A program made the position numbers and the translations under genes. 64,000 bases of DNA. Source: Camelus dromedarius. Its lineage: Eukaryota. This document shows positions 38,870 through 52,850 of this stretch, piece by piece. The stretch's first letter is position 1, and each line of letters begins with the position of its first letter. The stretch spans positions 95,172,001 through 95,236,000 of the forward strand of contig NC_087437.1 in NCBI RefSeq assembly GCF_036321535.1, read 5' to 3'. The notes below the pieces were generated by a model. The model worked only from the letters and a program-made list of their open reading frames with translations. It had not been told where the DNA came from and made no database searches.

Positions 38870-39915
38870 ATTTTTTAATTAAATTGTTAAATAGTTAAGA
38901 CATTCACATAGCTCAGTATTCAAAAACTTCAAAAGAACCTATGGTGAAAGTGACCTGCTCTCCTAGTTCTTCTCCAAAGAAACCTCCAAATTACTAGTTT
39001 TGGGGGAATCCTTCCAGAGATCATTTATCCAGAGATAATTTTAAGCATATGAAAGTAAAGGCCTACTTTCTCAGACAAATGGTAGCATGTTATACACATT
39101 GATTTCAGTACGTAAGGAACTTCCTCATTTTTTATTACATGTGGATAGTATTCAACTGTCTGAAGAGAGTACACTTTATCTAGTTCTTTCCTAATACACA
39201 TGTATATGGTTTCCAGTCTCTTTACTGTGGCAAATAGTGCTAAAGTGAGTAAGCCTACAATATTACCTGGCAAATGTGAAAATTTTTCAGTGAGATAGAT
39301 TCTTAGAATTAAATCACTGTCAAAAAGTATATCCGTCACTAATTATGTTAGATATTGCTAAATTTTTTTCTTCCCACCAATTCAAGAAATTATTGGACCA
39401 TCAGCTAGGCAAAATAGTTCCCATTTCTCTGAAACCTTCACTAATGGGGTAAAATCAATTTTTCAGGTTTTTTTTTTTTTTTGTTAAATTTTTGCCTATC
39501 TGATATATCAGTATAGTTTTAACTTACTTTTCCTTTATGGATGGTGTGAAGTATTATTTCACCTATTTAGGAGCCATTTCTATCTTTGTGTGTGTATGAG
39601 TATGTGTGTGAACAGTTTGGTCAAATATTTGTTCATGTTTCTTTTGTTTGTCTTTTACTTATTGATTTATATGAGTTCTTTATATATTAGGGAAATTGGC
39701 TATTGTCTGTAATATGCACATATTTTCTCTGTTTGTCATTTGTCTTTTGATTTTGTTTATGGTGGTTTGGAAGTACAGAAAATTGGGGTTTAAGTAATTG
39801 ACTTTATTGATTTTTTTTTTTCTTTCCTGGCTCTGGCTTTTGTGACATTGTTAGAAATGCCTTCCCTATTCCACTGGTATTATTAGTTCTCCCATCATTA
39901 TTTCCACTCCATTTT
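38870..39915 (-). mobile_element. Ancient L1 (L1ME-like) 3' region
   Basis: gtttccagtctctttactgtggcaaatagtgc, gatagattcttagaatt, gagttctttatatattaggga, tcatttgtcttttgattttgtttatgg. Confidence 0.75.
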
Positions 39916-40504
39916 TGGTCTGATCAGATAATTAGTTTCAGGCAAGTGTCTGGCAAGTTCTGGGCATCATTCTTCTTTGCTGCTTATGACCAGCAGACTG
40001 TATAGACCTTTTTCTTGTTCTGACTGAGGAAGAAACAGGTTCCTTTATGTTTCCCATGGGACAGAGCCCCAGCATTTGACTTTAAGCCCAAAGAGTTCAG
40101 CAATAAGAAGCTATCTAATTTCAAGGCCTGTTGGGGAGATGAGTGAATGCCAGGTTTCTCTTATGCCTTATCTATGGTTTATGTATTTAACTCTGGTAAT
40201 CCAGAGTTAAATATAGTTCAGTATTACCTGTAATTTGAGTTTATCCATGACCTTTACTCTTCGTTATCTTAGGTAATCTGAAGTTAACTATGTATTATTT
40301 GTGTATATTATTGTATTAGCACATAACTTTGCCTTATTGGCATTATAAATAGTGAACTACGATATATACTTTATTTACTTTTCATAATTTAACCATTAGA
40401 ATTAAAAGGCTTATTCTTCTTGTATTTACATATATAAGTAGACACCGACTTTCTACATTAATTTGTGGCTTAATGTTCATTTCAGCTAAGTATTTTAGTC
40501 ATAT

Positions 40505-40740
40505 TATGAGGGATTAAGGCTTGAAAGTAGAATGACTCAGTTACTAGCTATGCAATTTTGCACAGTTAGCTATATGACCTTGCACAGTTGTGATCTCATA
40601 TGTTGGTTTCCTCATCTTTAAAATATGGTTAATAACTGTACCCATCACAGAGGATTGTTTCGAGGATGAATTAATTTAAGACCTATGAAGTACTTAAACA
40701 AATTCATAACATACATTAAAGTTTCAGTAAACGTTAGTGA
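40505..40740 (+). mobile_element. MIR SINE with small internal duplication
   Basis: tagctatatgaccttgcaca...gtttcctcatctttaaaatatggttaataac; tagcta...ttgcacagtt occurs twice. Confidence 0.8.
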
Positions 40741-42849
40741 TCTTTTTTTTTTATGTCATTACATTCCAATTATGAAATCCAGACTCAGATAATTTGATAG
40801 AGGGTGAATATGTCTGGTAGATTGGCTATAATCTGTGGGCTATTGTTCTATATGAAGGCACAATTTTAGTCACTTTCAGCTATCACTAGATTGCAGCAAT
40901 TTTTTTTTTCCATTCTGAGACCATATCTATTTCCTTTAGATGATCAGGACAGCTGAACATCTAATCCATTCATTTTAGCCCTCATTGTGATTGAAACAGC
41001 TGAATCAATCATGCAATGATTTGCTTTGATCATTAAGACAGCCAAAATGAAAGCATTGGCCGTGCTGCCTAAGGTCCATTTATTTTGGAAATAACTTTTG
41101 ACAAGTAAGACATAGTCCCATATTGCCTTCCTGACATTTCATTGATATCTTGTGTGGCTTCTGGTAGCATATTTCTCATTTAGCTAATAGACTTTTTGTT
41201 ATCATTTGTTCTCTGTTATCTTAATAAATGTAAACAGGTGATTCACGGCGGTGATTCTTTCAGAGCCATTTTAGCTGCAGATGGCCTGAGAGGCAACAGA
41301 GAAGGTGGCATTTTGTGCTTTTGTCATTGATGGGTGTGACTGAAGCGATCGGGATAGTTCAAAGGAGAGCCAACTGAAGTGGTTCAAGGGAAGAAACAGT
41401 TTTCATATGCTTGCATAGTGAAAAACTAGAACTATCAGTCTGTAAAGACTTAGTTTGAAGTGGATATGATTACAGTTGATAAAATCATGCTGTTGCTTGA
41501 ATGAACATGAATTTATTCCTCATGAAAGAGCTTTAATAAATTAAAAAAAATAGTCTTCAAAAAATAATTGCTATTTAACAAATATTATTGTTTATCTTTT
41601 TCTAGCCTAATAAATATTTATTGTGATATTCCATTAATGTTACTGACAGGTGTTACTGAAAAAGGAATACCCAGTGCAAACCAACACAGGTTCCTGTACT
41701 AGTGAAGGTTTTACACACACACACACAGATAAGATCAGGTGATCAAAAATGCTAGCAACCAAACTTTTACTCTGAATGTTGGACAACTGCAAGAATGACA
41801 TGCAGTGAATTTCAGCTTTTCACTCCTTAGTATTTTCTGAAGAATTTAGCAACTCAGATCAGTAGACCCTGGGCTGTGATTCTCTGCTAAGAGTAGATTG
41901 CAGAAAGGGATATGCTCACAAAGGAGATCTCTCAGGATCTCTGGAGAAATCTTTGTTTCTTTGTTTTTGGTTTTGTTTGTTTGTTTATCAAACAAGGTCA
42001 TGGTTTGAAATAATTAAAAAGCATGGCACGAACCTGTAGTAAAGGCTGCATCTTTTTCATCTTTTGAAATCTGGATTTAGTTAAGAGGATGTCAGAAATG
42101 TCTGTGTTTGGGGAATGTGGGTTGAGGAATAAGGTTGAGAATCCCCTTCTGGTTTTGGTCATTTCTTTCTGAGCAATGACTTATGTCTAAGTGGAAGAAT
42201 TGAAAATAGTGATCAACTTTGCCAAGTGGTTGAATCAAATAGCAATCTGAAAGGAGAGCTCGATAAAACTGTTGGTCATTTATTGATTCTTAAATACATA
42301 CAGATTGTGATCAGTGTCAACATGACCTTTAATTATGAAAGACAGCTTTTTTTTGGTAGTTCTTTCACAATGGCGCCTTATGGAATTGATGAAAAGGGGG
42401 CTTAGAAAGGTTAACTCACTTATAAGTTCTTATAAATCTGAATTAAATTGAAAAAAATGTGAATTAAACCAAAGGTGTTAGTTTATTAGCTGAATTTATA
42501 ATCACAGTAGGCTTCCTTATATGTATAAATGTGTTCAGCATTATTGGTAATCTTGAATTCAGTTGGATTTTAATATAGTCTTTAAAGATAGAAGTCAAAT
42601 GCTGAAAATGTTAAGGTATATTTGCAAAGTTGGGAATTTACTTGATGAACATTTGGTTAATAGGTTGAGCCAATTTACCATCATTAAAATCAGGGGTTGT
42701 CTCATTACGGAGCATGGCATGTGTTTTTCCATTAGCTAGGAGGTTTGGAGGTTTCATGTTGCTCTCTAATGGTGTACCTGTGTTTGTGTGCCTGCGCACA
42801 CACATATGTATGTGCACTTGTGTGTGTGTTGCTTCATATTGGTCCTGTA

Positions 42850-43215
42850 CAATTTTTGTTAATTTTATTTCTGTGTATTTTTTGGGGGGGGTTTATAATG
42901 AATTATTTTCTTTGTATTCTTGACTAGTGATACATATAGGAAAGGAAAAACTGTTCATTATTCAGTTTGAGCATTTTCTTACATATTCTCATAGATAGCC
43001 AGTTTTTTTAGGTTGCCACGTAAGTGGTCATATCATCAAAAAATGATAGTTTTGCCATATATTTCCCCCAATCTGTACTTGATATATTATTTCATAACAT
43101 TGCATTGGATAGCACATTCAGATAAACATAAAGTAATTTTTTTAAAAAAATAAAAGAGTTTTTCCTGAATTTAATAATAGTGTCTCACTAAATATGATGT
43201 TAGCTGTTGATTTAA
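42850..43215 (-). mobile_element. Ancient L1 ORF2 fragment
   Basis: gtcatatcatcaaaaaatgatagtttt, cattgcattggatagcac, ctcactaaatatgatgttagctgt. Confidence 0.6.
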
Positions 43216-45999
43216 TAGATAAAAAGATATCCTTTTTGGATCAGATTAAGCAACTTTTTTTTTTTTTTTTTTTTTTACTTCTCTCAGTAATGTCCTATTA
43301 ACTGGAATATATAATCCAAAAAAATCCACTGTTAGGCAGTGTCATAGTAGAGACTTTTTAGACAGATTCTCCATTATTTAGGAATTTTTACTCATATATT
43401 TGTCTGCTGTTTCAATAAAGCTATCAACACCTTTTTTTTACTGAGTTTCTATAGCCAAGTTAAGAGTTGAGTATAGCCAACATTATAAACAATATATAGC
43501 AGATAATTGAGATTAAATGTTTTTAATTGTGAAGAACATTGATAAACCCCCATTTATTTTAATTGTTCTGTGTCCTTTATTAACATCTATGTCAATTCAT
43601 TTGTGAATTATGATTCCTTTATAATGCCTATTTTATATTGTTTTCATTTCTTATTTTTTTGATACAGTAGTAATTTGTGTAGGTTTTACACCCTAAGATG
43701 TGTGAATATATTCTTTAATAAATTAACAGAAAGCTGTATGAATGCCGTAGTGACTTCTTTTTGTGTTGCTGCTCTGCAGATCATAACGGATGCTTATGCT
43801 GTTTCCTTTTCTTTTGGTATAAAACATAATCTTAGAAATTATTAAATTTGAGCACTGTAATTTAAAGTTGCTATTTAAAAAATTTTCTGTCTCATTCTGA
43901 CATCAAAAAGAGATTTTGTTGATAACTCAGTTTTATGGAAGAAGGAAGGAAAATTTGGGAAAATTTCGTTTATTATTATGCAGGCCAGTTTGCCCCCTAA
44001 TACAGCTTAATTCCCGGTCTTAATCAGCAAGTGTTTTACTGTGATTTCTTGGTTTGGCCTTGGCAATAAATTATTATATTATACTATTACTATTTATCAT
44101 TGTCAATAATTTTCTATATGTTGTAGTTTTCAGTTGAAACTGCTAAATACAAGTGTTTTTCTTGCTTTCTAAAGGAATTCCTAAGTGGTAAATTACATAA
44201 AGAGATTTGGGGAAAGCTCTAAAAGAGAACCAAACTTCTTTATTAGTGAATCAGGGAAATGCAGGAAAGTACTGGTTTACAATAATCTGTCATAAAACAC
44301 ATTCCATCGATATTTGACAGAGTAAAAAGGATCAGTTGGTTTGGGCAACACTGTTTGTTTAGTATGTATTTTATCTTTGAGCCAATTACTAGATTTCCAT
44401 ATCACTAAGTTTTCTAAAATAAATTTGATCTAATCCAATTGGCATGATTCAATTCCACAACAAAAATAGGTGAGGTAATTTAAAATTCTCTTTTAAGTGC
44501 TTAGGAAACTCATTAAGACGCAGTAAGGAAAATGTCATCCCTAAGATTATAACTAATTAGACTCTTGCTTTTCTAAGATGGGAATAGTTTTAGTTTAAAC
44601 CCTGAATATATGACTATGGCTTTAAAAATGTTTAATTTGGCTGTCTTACCACATAGAGATGTAGAAGATTAATATAACAGTTAGAAATATAATGAAATGT
44701 GAATTTCCCAGTCGATTAAATGTGGGAATTTATAATTCATAAATTGATATAACTTCTTAGACATATTGTCTGCATGAAACTATGGGTGTATCATTTCCTG
44801 GCAGGATTTTTTACCTAGAAATTACTGTTTTGTAATGCAATCTTAAGCACTCCCTGTAGGAAACTGAGCAGACAGTATTGTAATGTGAAGAATATAGGCC
44901 ACTGTGTCACAGCAGTTTCTTAGGGTTTTTTTTTGGAGGCATTAGTAATGTTGCTTATAAACCCATGGCACTGAATCACTGTCTTTTAAAAATGTCATGT
45001 TCAAGTGTCTTGTCTGCCAAGTTATAAATCTCATCTCTGAGAGCTTTTCTGTGTCTTTACTACCAAATTATCATCTTGTTGTGTTGTTTTTTTTTTTTTT
45101 TTTGGAGGGGTGGTAATTTACTTTTCTATTGATTGCCTATGTTTCTTCTAAAAGAGCAAGATCAGACAACATTTGGAAAATATTATTAAATACATAATTT
45201 GTGATGACACTACTCACAGAGAAAAGATTTCAGCTCCTTGAAATGTGGGACTTGTGGGGATGATTGTAATGGAGGCTTCTGTGCTATGAGTTATGAAAAC
45301 GCTAGATGACAAAAACATCTGTTTAATACAGAATAGGCACTGGTTCATCTTTTGGCTTCACTCCGTTACAACAGTCAGCCTGAAAGTGATAAATTTCACT
45401 AGTAAAACAAGTTGAATGTATTGTTTTTAAAGCTTTACTTGGGGATAGAAGTTTCACTATAGACTTTTTAAGATCATTTCATTATGCACACAAACTTTTA
45501 CATTTTAGGAAAATAATACTTATTTCCACAATGAATATGGGAGAGGGAAAGCTTAACTCTGTACTAACCGTCCATTATGAAGTGTTATAACATTCTGGAA
45601 CTATAACTCTTTAAAATAGTTTCAGAGCAGGTTTTTAAAAATCAAGTCCAGCAATGACTTCAAAGAATTTAGCTACTTGAGTTGAAACCAGGCCAGGTCC
45701 TTAGATCAGCTCCATTTGGCAGTTCATATATAGTCAGTCATTCAAGGTCAGATAAGGAGGAATGTGAATGCATTTAGTATTTTTTGCCTTTTAATACTTG
45801 GTTTATATTTTTCAGAGAAGTTAGCTTGTCTTTGTTTAACTAATAACAGTTTTGATCATTAAATAGTTCAAATACCTTGATGGTGAAATTAATACAAATG
45901 GGAGGTTATGGTAGGACTGAGGGGGTACTGGAGATGTATTTCAAATAATCAAACATGAAAAACTCACTTTATTTTTTGCCCAGTGCTACATTGATTTGT

Positions 46000-47665
46000 C
46001 TTCTGAAGCAGTTTCATCTTCCACTTCCTTTGGCCCTCCTCCGCCAAGTTATTCCTTCCTCTGACCCTTTGCACTCTCATTTCCTGTTAAATTCCTATTG
46101 TAAATGTATACCCAAGCCATCCCCATCCAAATCACTACCTCCACAATAATAAAATACATCCGTCCATCCTGTAATCCATTCTTTCTGTCCTTCCCTGCCC
46201 TGCCCTCACCCTCTCTCTCCTCCAAAAAGTCTCCCAGGACTTTTTGACAGTTTGGTGCACTCTCATTATTTCTGGTTATTAGCCTCCCATTCTCAGCTTT
46301 AATCTGGTTTCAATCATCATCACTCCATTGTAACTCTTAATTAGCTCACTAATGTCCTTCTGTTTGTAGTAAGTGAGCGGCCGTGGTGTTTCATCTTATT
46401 GGACCTCTCTACTCTTTCATTTCCCTACTATTATTTCCTTAGAGTCTGTGAAATTACATCCTTTCATATAAGCTTGCTGTTGCTTCTCTTCGCTTACCCA
46501 GAACTGGTTGAACTGTAGCTTGTTATTTGTTTATATTGTATTTTGTTTTATGTGTTTTTATTCTACACATTCTTCCTGTTCAACTTATTTAGGATCATAG
46601 TATCAAACACTATATGGAGTTCCCAATATGTATCTTTCTTCAGACTTTCCCAAGTGACTTCATAATTTTTGCAGCCACCTCCCTCTTTACTTACCATGAG
46701 TACCTAGGCCTAGGTGTCTGAAACATTTACTGTGTGCCAGGCCCAGCACTAAGTGTTTTTACTCCATTCCTCCAACAAAACAGTCCTAAGAAAATACCCT
46801 AAACTGAAATCATCTGTATAATTCAATATATTTTTTTCTCCAGTATTATTTTTATCAGTTATCAGCACAACCACTTACCTGCTCAACTATCATAAAAATC
46901 TGGGAGGAGTCTTTTCTCTTCCCTCGCTGCACTCCTATCCTATTTTTCACATGCAATTAATTATTAAACACTGCTTCATTTATGAACAAACTTTTAAAAC
47001 CCATTCACCCTTTTCTTCATCTTTATTTTTCACTGCCCCACTTTAAGCCCTTATGATCTCTCGTGTGGTCTATTGTAACAGCACTTGCACTGATAACCCT
47101 TTGAAATCAACCCTGCATGGAGTGGCCATCGTGATCTATCTAGGATGGAAATCTGATCACATCATTTACTTGTTCAAATGCTTGGTTTCTGATTACCTGC
47201 AGGATAAAGTCCAAGATCCTTAGCATGTGATATGAAGCTCTGTGTTATCTTGCCTCTTAGATCTATGGCCTCATCCCTAGTCATCTGTCCGTCCTACTTC
47301 ATGCTGTGTTAGAAGTTAACTGTTTATGATTCTCTGAGTACTTATGCTCCTTCTTGTGTTCTGCTCTATACCTAGAGTGCCTCCTCCTGCCTTTGTATTC
47401 ATTTTTCACTACTGTCCTCAGGAACTACTTTCTCTACGATGTTTTCGCTACCTAACCTTCCCGTTCATCTGAATAGCTTTGGTATCCCTCTTCCCTCATC
47501 CAGGGGTATTATAGACACTAACACACACACCTGTTACTGATTTGCTACCCAGTTTTGTGTGGTAAAGATACAGATCGTGTCCAATTTTCTTTGTGTACCA
47601 GGCTCTTATCACACTATTAGCATTAAGTTTGGACTTAACAAACATTAGTTAGCAAGTGAATGAGT
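46000..47665 (+). mobile_element. L2 LINE (long diverged fragment)
   Basis: aatctggtttcaatcatcatcactccattg, tcatcttattggacctctc, ggaaatctgatcacatca, caggataaagtccaagatccttagcatg, terminus gtgaatgagtgaa. Confidence 0.7.
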
Positions 47666-48228
47666 GAAACCATAAGTGAATTAGTTATCCTCAAGCATCA
47701 CTGTTCAGCAGAGGCAGATGTCTGATGGTTAATAAGGTTAGCCCTCCTCTGAATAAAGGTGAAGAAGGAGTGAGGTAAACTGAGGTCTCAGTAGTTTTAG
47801 CCGAGATTTGCTTTTAAGGTGAAGAATATGTGCACCTGTATAAATATCTGTGTTTATACAAAAGAACAAAGGATGAATCGAGGAAAATATTTTGAGTGCA
47901 GATTGGAAAAAGACTGTGGAGAAAGGTTAGTGGGTGAGACCAGATATTTAAGAAGTACCTAACATTGAATTATCTATGAGCTATCCAAATGGGGGAAAAA
48001 GTGAATCTATTTCAACTGAATAGAAGGATGGATGAGGGTCAGTGAGTGATTTTTTTTTTAATTTAGAACAACCTCAAAGGTAGAAAAAATAGTACAGTTA
48101 ACTCCCATGTATCCACAACTAACCCTTAACAATGATCAATATTTTACCAAAGTAGTTTCATTTATCATCACCTGCCTCTCTTACTTCCTGACACATACCA
48201 TGCACATTTAGTGAGTAGTTTGGTGAGT

Positions 48229-48705
48229 TCCTGGAGGACATTATGCTAAGTGAAATAAGCCAGTCATAAAAGGACAAATATTGCATGTTTCTACTTACAT
48301 GAAATACCTAAAATAGCAGAATGGTAGTTGCCAGGGGCTGGAAGGAGAAGAAAATGGAAAGTTATTCCACCCGTATAAAGTTTCAGTTATGCAAGATGAG
48401 TAAGTTCTAGAGATCTTTTGTACAACATGCTGCCTATAGTTAACAATTTAGCATTACACACTTAAAAACTTGTTAAGATGCTAGATCTCATGTTAAGTGT
48501 TCTTACCGCAAGAAAACAACAACAGAAGGAAAGGAAGAAATTTTTAAAGGTGATGGATATGTTTACTGCCTTGATTGTGGTGATGGTTTTGTAAGTGTTT
48601 GCCTATGTCCAAACTCATCAAGTGGTATACATTAAATATGTCCAGTTTTTGGTATATCAGTTAGACCTCAATAAAGGTATTTTTAAAAATTAAAATAAAA
48701 TAAAA
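48229..48705 (+). mobile_element. L1MB-like 3' UTR
   Basis: cctggaggacattatgctaagtgaaataagccagtca...agatctcatgttaagtgttcttacc...ggtgatggatatgttt...cctcaataaag plus A-rich tail. Confidence 0.88.
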
Positions 48706-50874
48706 TACTGCCCACTAGTAGCTTTCTGATAGGTAGGATAATCTAATATGTCCTCTGTACATTGTGCACAATTGAAAATTTGTGCTGTATAGTTTATTAG
48801 CTGTTTAACAAGTACAGTATGAAAACCTGAGAAATATCAGAATAGAGATATATTCATTTAACTGTCTCTTTTATACACAGTTTACATTCAAAAGAAATAT
48901 TAAAAATCCACTAATTATTATTTGCAGAATGTTTTTATCTACTTATCTAGGTATTTATGGAAGAACCTTTAGTACCATTTTTAAGATTAGTCAGCTTTGG
49001 TATTTGTGTTATCAAAGCTACAGAAGTAATTATTATTGTTTGTAATCAGATTTGCCCATGTATGTGGGAAGTGCTTTTATCAATGAATGTGGCTTTAGCA
49101 TTACAACCAGGGTTGCCAAAGCAGGAGTTGTGTGTATAGGTGGGGTGTCCATTGTAAATACCCCAGTCACCTTCTAAATCTCATTCTAGATTTATATTCT
49201 GGAAGTTTTCTGCCAGAAGTTCATGAGAACTGAGTTCTGTTTCTGCTGCCCTATTAATTAAAAGAATGACCAAATGAGTCATTCTGTCTAAGCCTCCTTT
49301 TTTCAAATGTGAAATTATGGATTATGATCTCCAAGACTATTTTCAGCAAAGGAGTACACAGTATGTCTGTGTTCAAGTCATGACATAATACAGTGAACAG
49401 CATCATAGACATGAACATACTAGGAGGGACGTCTTCTGGTAATGGTAGCAGGCCATTGTTCTGTTGTAATGTGACACTGTGAAGTGTAAGGGCAGGCCTT
49501 TTAGTCATTTAACAAGGACCAAGAGACAAATGAGATACATAGAAAGAAAAATAGGACCGGATGCATGACTGAGTCTTTGTCTATAGCCATCATAGATGGA
49601 TTTGTTTTTCAAACTTTTACTGAAGATTGGCTGATGATTAAACAAGTCCACACTTAGATCTGTATCACGTTTATTTTATACAGCAAGACCAGGCCTAGGT
49701 AAATTGGGTAGAAAATGCTGTAGAATCTACCCATAACTTTGGGTTGATTCATCCTGTCCAAATCCTTTTTTAAAAATGTTTTTAACCTCAAAGAAAAAGA
49801 CAGTCCTCAAACATTCCAGTAAGGATAACAAATATTTCTGTATTTCCATCATGAAATATATTCACTCAAGTAACTTACCTGGCCCTGATTTACACACAGA
49901 AACAAGTCACACAACCAGCTTCTAATTAGAATCTCTCCCTCTCAAGGGGAGTCAGAACTCTTATCTACAACCCTCTTCTTGTCTCAAGAGGGAGCTTTAT
50001 GGTCTTTTTTAAAGAGTGAAAACAGGGCACAAATCTAAAGCCACCTGAGGAAAATTGCAGGGATGAAAATCATTAGCTCTTGATGACATAGCCGTACTCG
50101 TGTTATCACAGAGCTCTCCTCATGCTGAGGGGAGGAGGGACGAGCAAACACTAGCTCTGATTACCTACTACAAGGATATTTTTTAGGGCAGAAAAATGGA
50201 CTGGAAGCAAAGAGGTATAAAACCAAGCTTACAGAGTTAATCCTGATCTATCCACTCAGGTTGTGAATGGTGCTACTAGTAAGGAGGAAACATCAATGAA
50301 ATTTAATGAGTATATCTTTAATCCAGTTAGTTTTCCAGATACATTAAGAAATACATTTGCTTCTAGAAAATGACAGCGTTATCATAACTCTATAATTCTT
50401 CAAAACCTTTTCAACACTACCGAGTATTTATTAAAGACCCTCTCTATTTCAGATACTGTTCTAGGGTTTTTTTTTTTTTAAGGGAATTATATAATTACAA
50501 AAATGTTATTTAGCATATTAAAAATGAAAGCTAAATAATTATGTTTTCACTACGCTATTGAAAACACTAGAATGTTAGTGTCTTTCCCAGTGAGTGATAT
50601 TTTTTTTTTTACACTTCACCTGGTTGCAAACCACTATGCTCTTACACCGTCGAACATTCCCTAATGCTGTTCCACGATCTACTGAGTGGTTCCCTGAGGA
50701 ATATTCCACACTGTTTCCATCATAAAAAGTTTATTGTGAGAATATATGGAAGTTCCTTTTCTACGGTTAGCTAGTTGGTTAACTGCCAGATTGCATGATT
50801 TTTACTAGGTAATATTTTTACAAACTTGATTTAATGTAATCTTGGATCAAGAACTTCCTCCACCAGGAAGCCGT

Positions 50875-51016
50875 CTATTACAGTAGAAAGAACACAAGGC
50901 CCCAGTTTTCTGACACAGTTCATGCCTAACAAGCTGTTTGACCTTTGTCAAGGGCAACAGTTTGCTCATCTGAAAAATGATGAGCATAGTTTAGAAATAT
51001 TCTGAGATTCCATGAT
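50875..51016 (+). mobile_element. MIR/MIR3 fragment
   Basis: ctaacaagctgtttgacctttg...cagtttgctcatctgaaaaatga...ccatgattct. Confidence 0.55.
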
Positions 51017-51680
51017 TCTTATATACCCAAGTGATCAAAATCATGAGGTAGTGTTATTTTTTGGACTCAAAATAAAATTTTAATTTCTTTTTAATTAAAT
51101 TCCTGCACCTATCTCTTTTTTTCCATGTACATGGTAAAACCATTTGTTTTAGGGTTAGTATGGTTGCATGAAACTTGTCTGCCTGAAATTATTGTTCTTA
51201 TCCTTGGACACATGCAACATTTTCCTAGGTCATTAAACACACATTTTCAAATGAAGACTGCAGTAATAAATTAATATATTCTAGCAGTGCAATCTGTTCC
51301 ACTGACCACCTTTTGCCCTATTGGAAATTCTCTGGAGCTTCTTAAAAAAAATTGGCCTTTTAGACCAGATAAAACTACATTCTGGAAGACTAAATATGCA
51401 TAACATGGAACTGAAAAATGCAACCTCAGTGAAAATCAACTTTCAGAAAATGAATTTTATGCTGAGAAAAATAAGTAAAATTAATATTGCAGTCAGAATT
51501 TTTGGCTATTGGATAAGTTAACCAGCCTTCACTTTCCATACTTAACCTTCTATGACTACAAAGCAAAAACACGTAGCTACAGAGTTTGGATTTACTTTAA
51601 ACCTTTAGATGGTTGTACATCAAAATGTTAATATCATCTAGTTTTTATTTTTTTCCCTAAATCAAGTCTTTCAGCACCAT

Positions 51681-52130
51681 TTGATGATTAATTTTATGTG
51701 TCAACTTGACTAGGTCATGGTACTCAATTATTTTGTCAGACATCCATCTAGACATTGCTGTGAAGGTATTTTTTTTAGGTAAGAGTAAGTTTTAAATCGG
51801 GAGACTTTGGGTAAGTCAGATTACCCTCTGTAATGGGGGTGGGTCTCATTCAATCAGTTAATGGCCTTAAGAGAAAAAGACTTAGGTCCCCTAAGGAATG
51901 GGAATTTTGCCTCCAGACTACCTTTGGTCTTAAGCTGCAACGTCAACTCTTCCATGGGTCTCCAACCTTCTGGCCTGCCCTGAAGATTTCAGAGTTGCCA
52001 GCCCCATAATTTCATGAGCCAATTCCTTAAAATCACTCTCTCTCTCCATACACACACACACACACACGCACGCACACACACAAACACACCCCATTGGTTC
52101 TGTTGTTCTGAAGAATCGTGACTGATGTAC
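51681..52130 (+). mobile_element. MLT2 (ERVL) solo LTR, MLT2D-like, with internal (CA)n
   Basis: tgatgattaattttatgtgtcaacttgactagg...cagattaccctc...atgagccaattccttaaaat...cccattggttctgtt. Confidence 0.9.
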
Positions 52131-52720
52131 CCTAGAAAGATAGGACTCTACAAATATAGATTCTGAAGTATTAGAAAGACTACTGACACTTACCTGTTAT
52201 GTGAACTTAGATTAGCATCTAACTTTCAGAGCATCAAATTTATTAATAATTTCTTCAGGAAATTATTCATTGCAATAGATTTGTTATTTGAAGCTTTTTT
52301 TTAAGTCTTAGAGATAAAACATAAATAGATTTAAAATATCATAGTATAGCACAATGGACAACACCTGTATTCTCAAAGGAAAAACTGAATAACAGATTTG
52401 CATGTGGTAAGACAAGAAGTTCCAGTCCAAGAAAGCTAAAACATGTAATTTCTAATTATATCTTACTGTTTAAACACAATATTTGACAATATTTTCCCAT
52501 CATTTCATACACGTTCTTTTATTTTATTCTTTTACTATCCAACTGAAACATACCGATCAAGGTATTCAGTTGAAATTAAAATGAACTCTTCCTACATTCC
52601 TAATTTAGATTTATAATTATATTTGAGGCCTTTGCTTACTTCTAGTGTCATTTCATTTTTTTTTTCATTTTCTGTCTATTTTTATAAAATAAGAGTAAAA
52701 CTTAAAATTATATACATATG

Positions 52721-52850
52721 AGGGGGAGGGTAGAGCTCAGTGTTAGCGAGCACACTTAGCATGCATGAGGTCCTGGGTTCATTCCCCAGTACTTCCATTA
52801 ATATATATATATAATATATATATAAACAAATAAACCTAATTACCTCCCAA
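52721..52850 (+). mobile_element. Vic-1-type camelid SINE
   Basis: gggggagggtagagctcagtg...cttagcatgcatgaggtcctgggttcattccccagtac...aaataaacctaattacctccc; flanking repeats tatatacatatg at 52709-52720 and 52855-52866. Confidence 0.92.

Noticed and set aside
43012..43025. ttttttAG-GTTGCCAC-GTAAGT 8-nt microexon
   Set aside because: Inside an antisense L1 fossil, frame-shifting, with no other support
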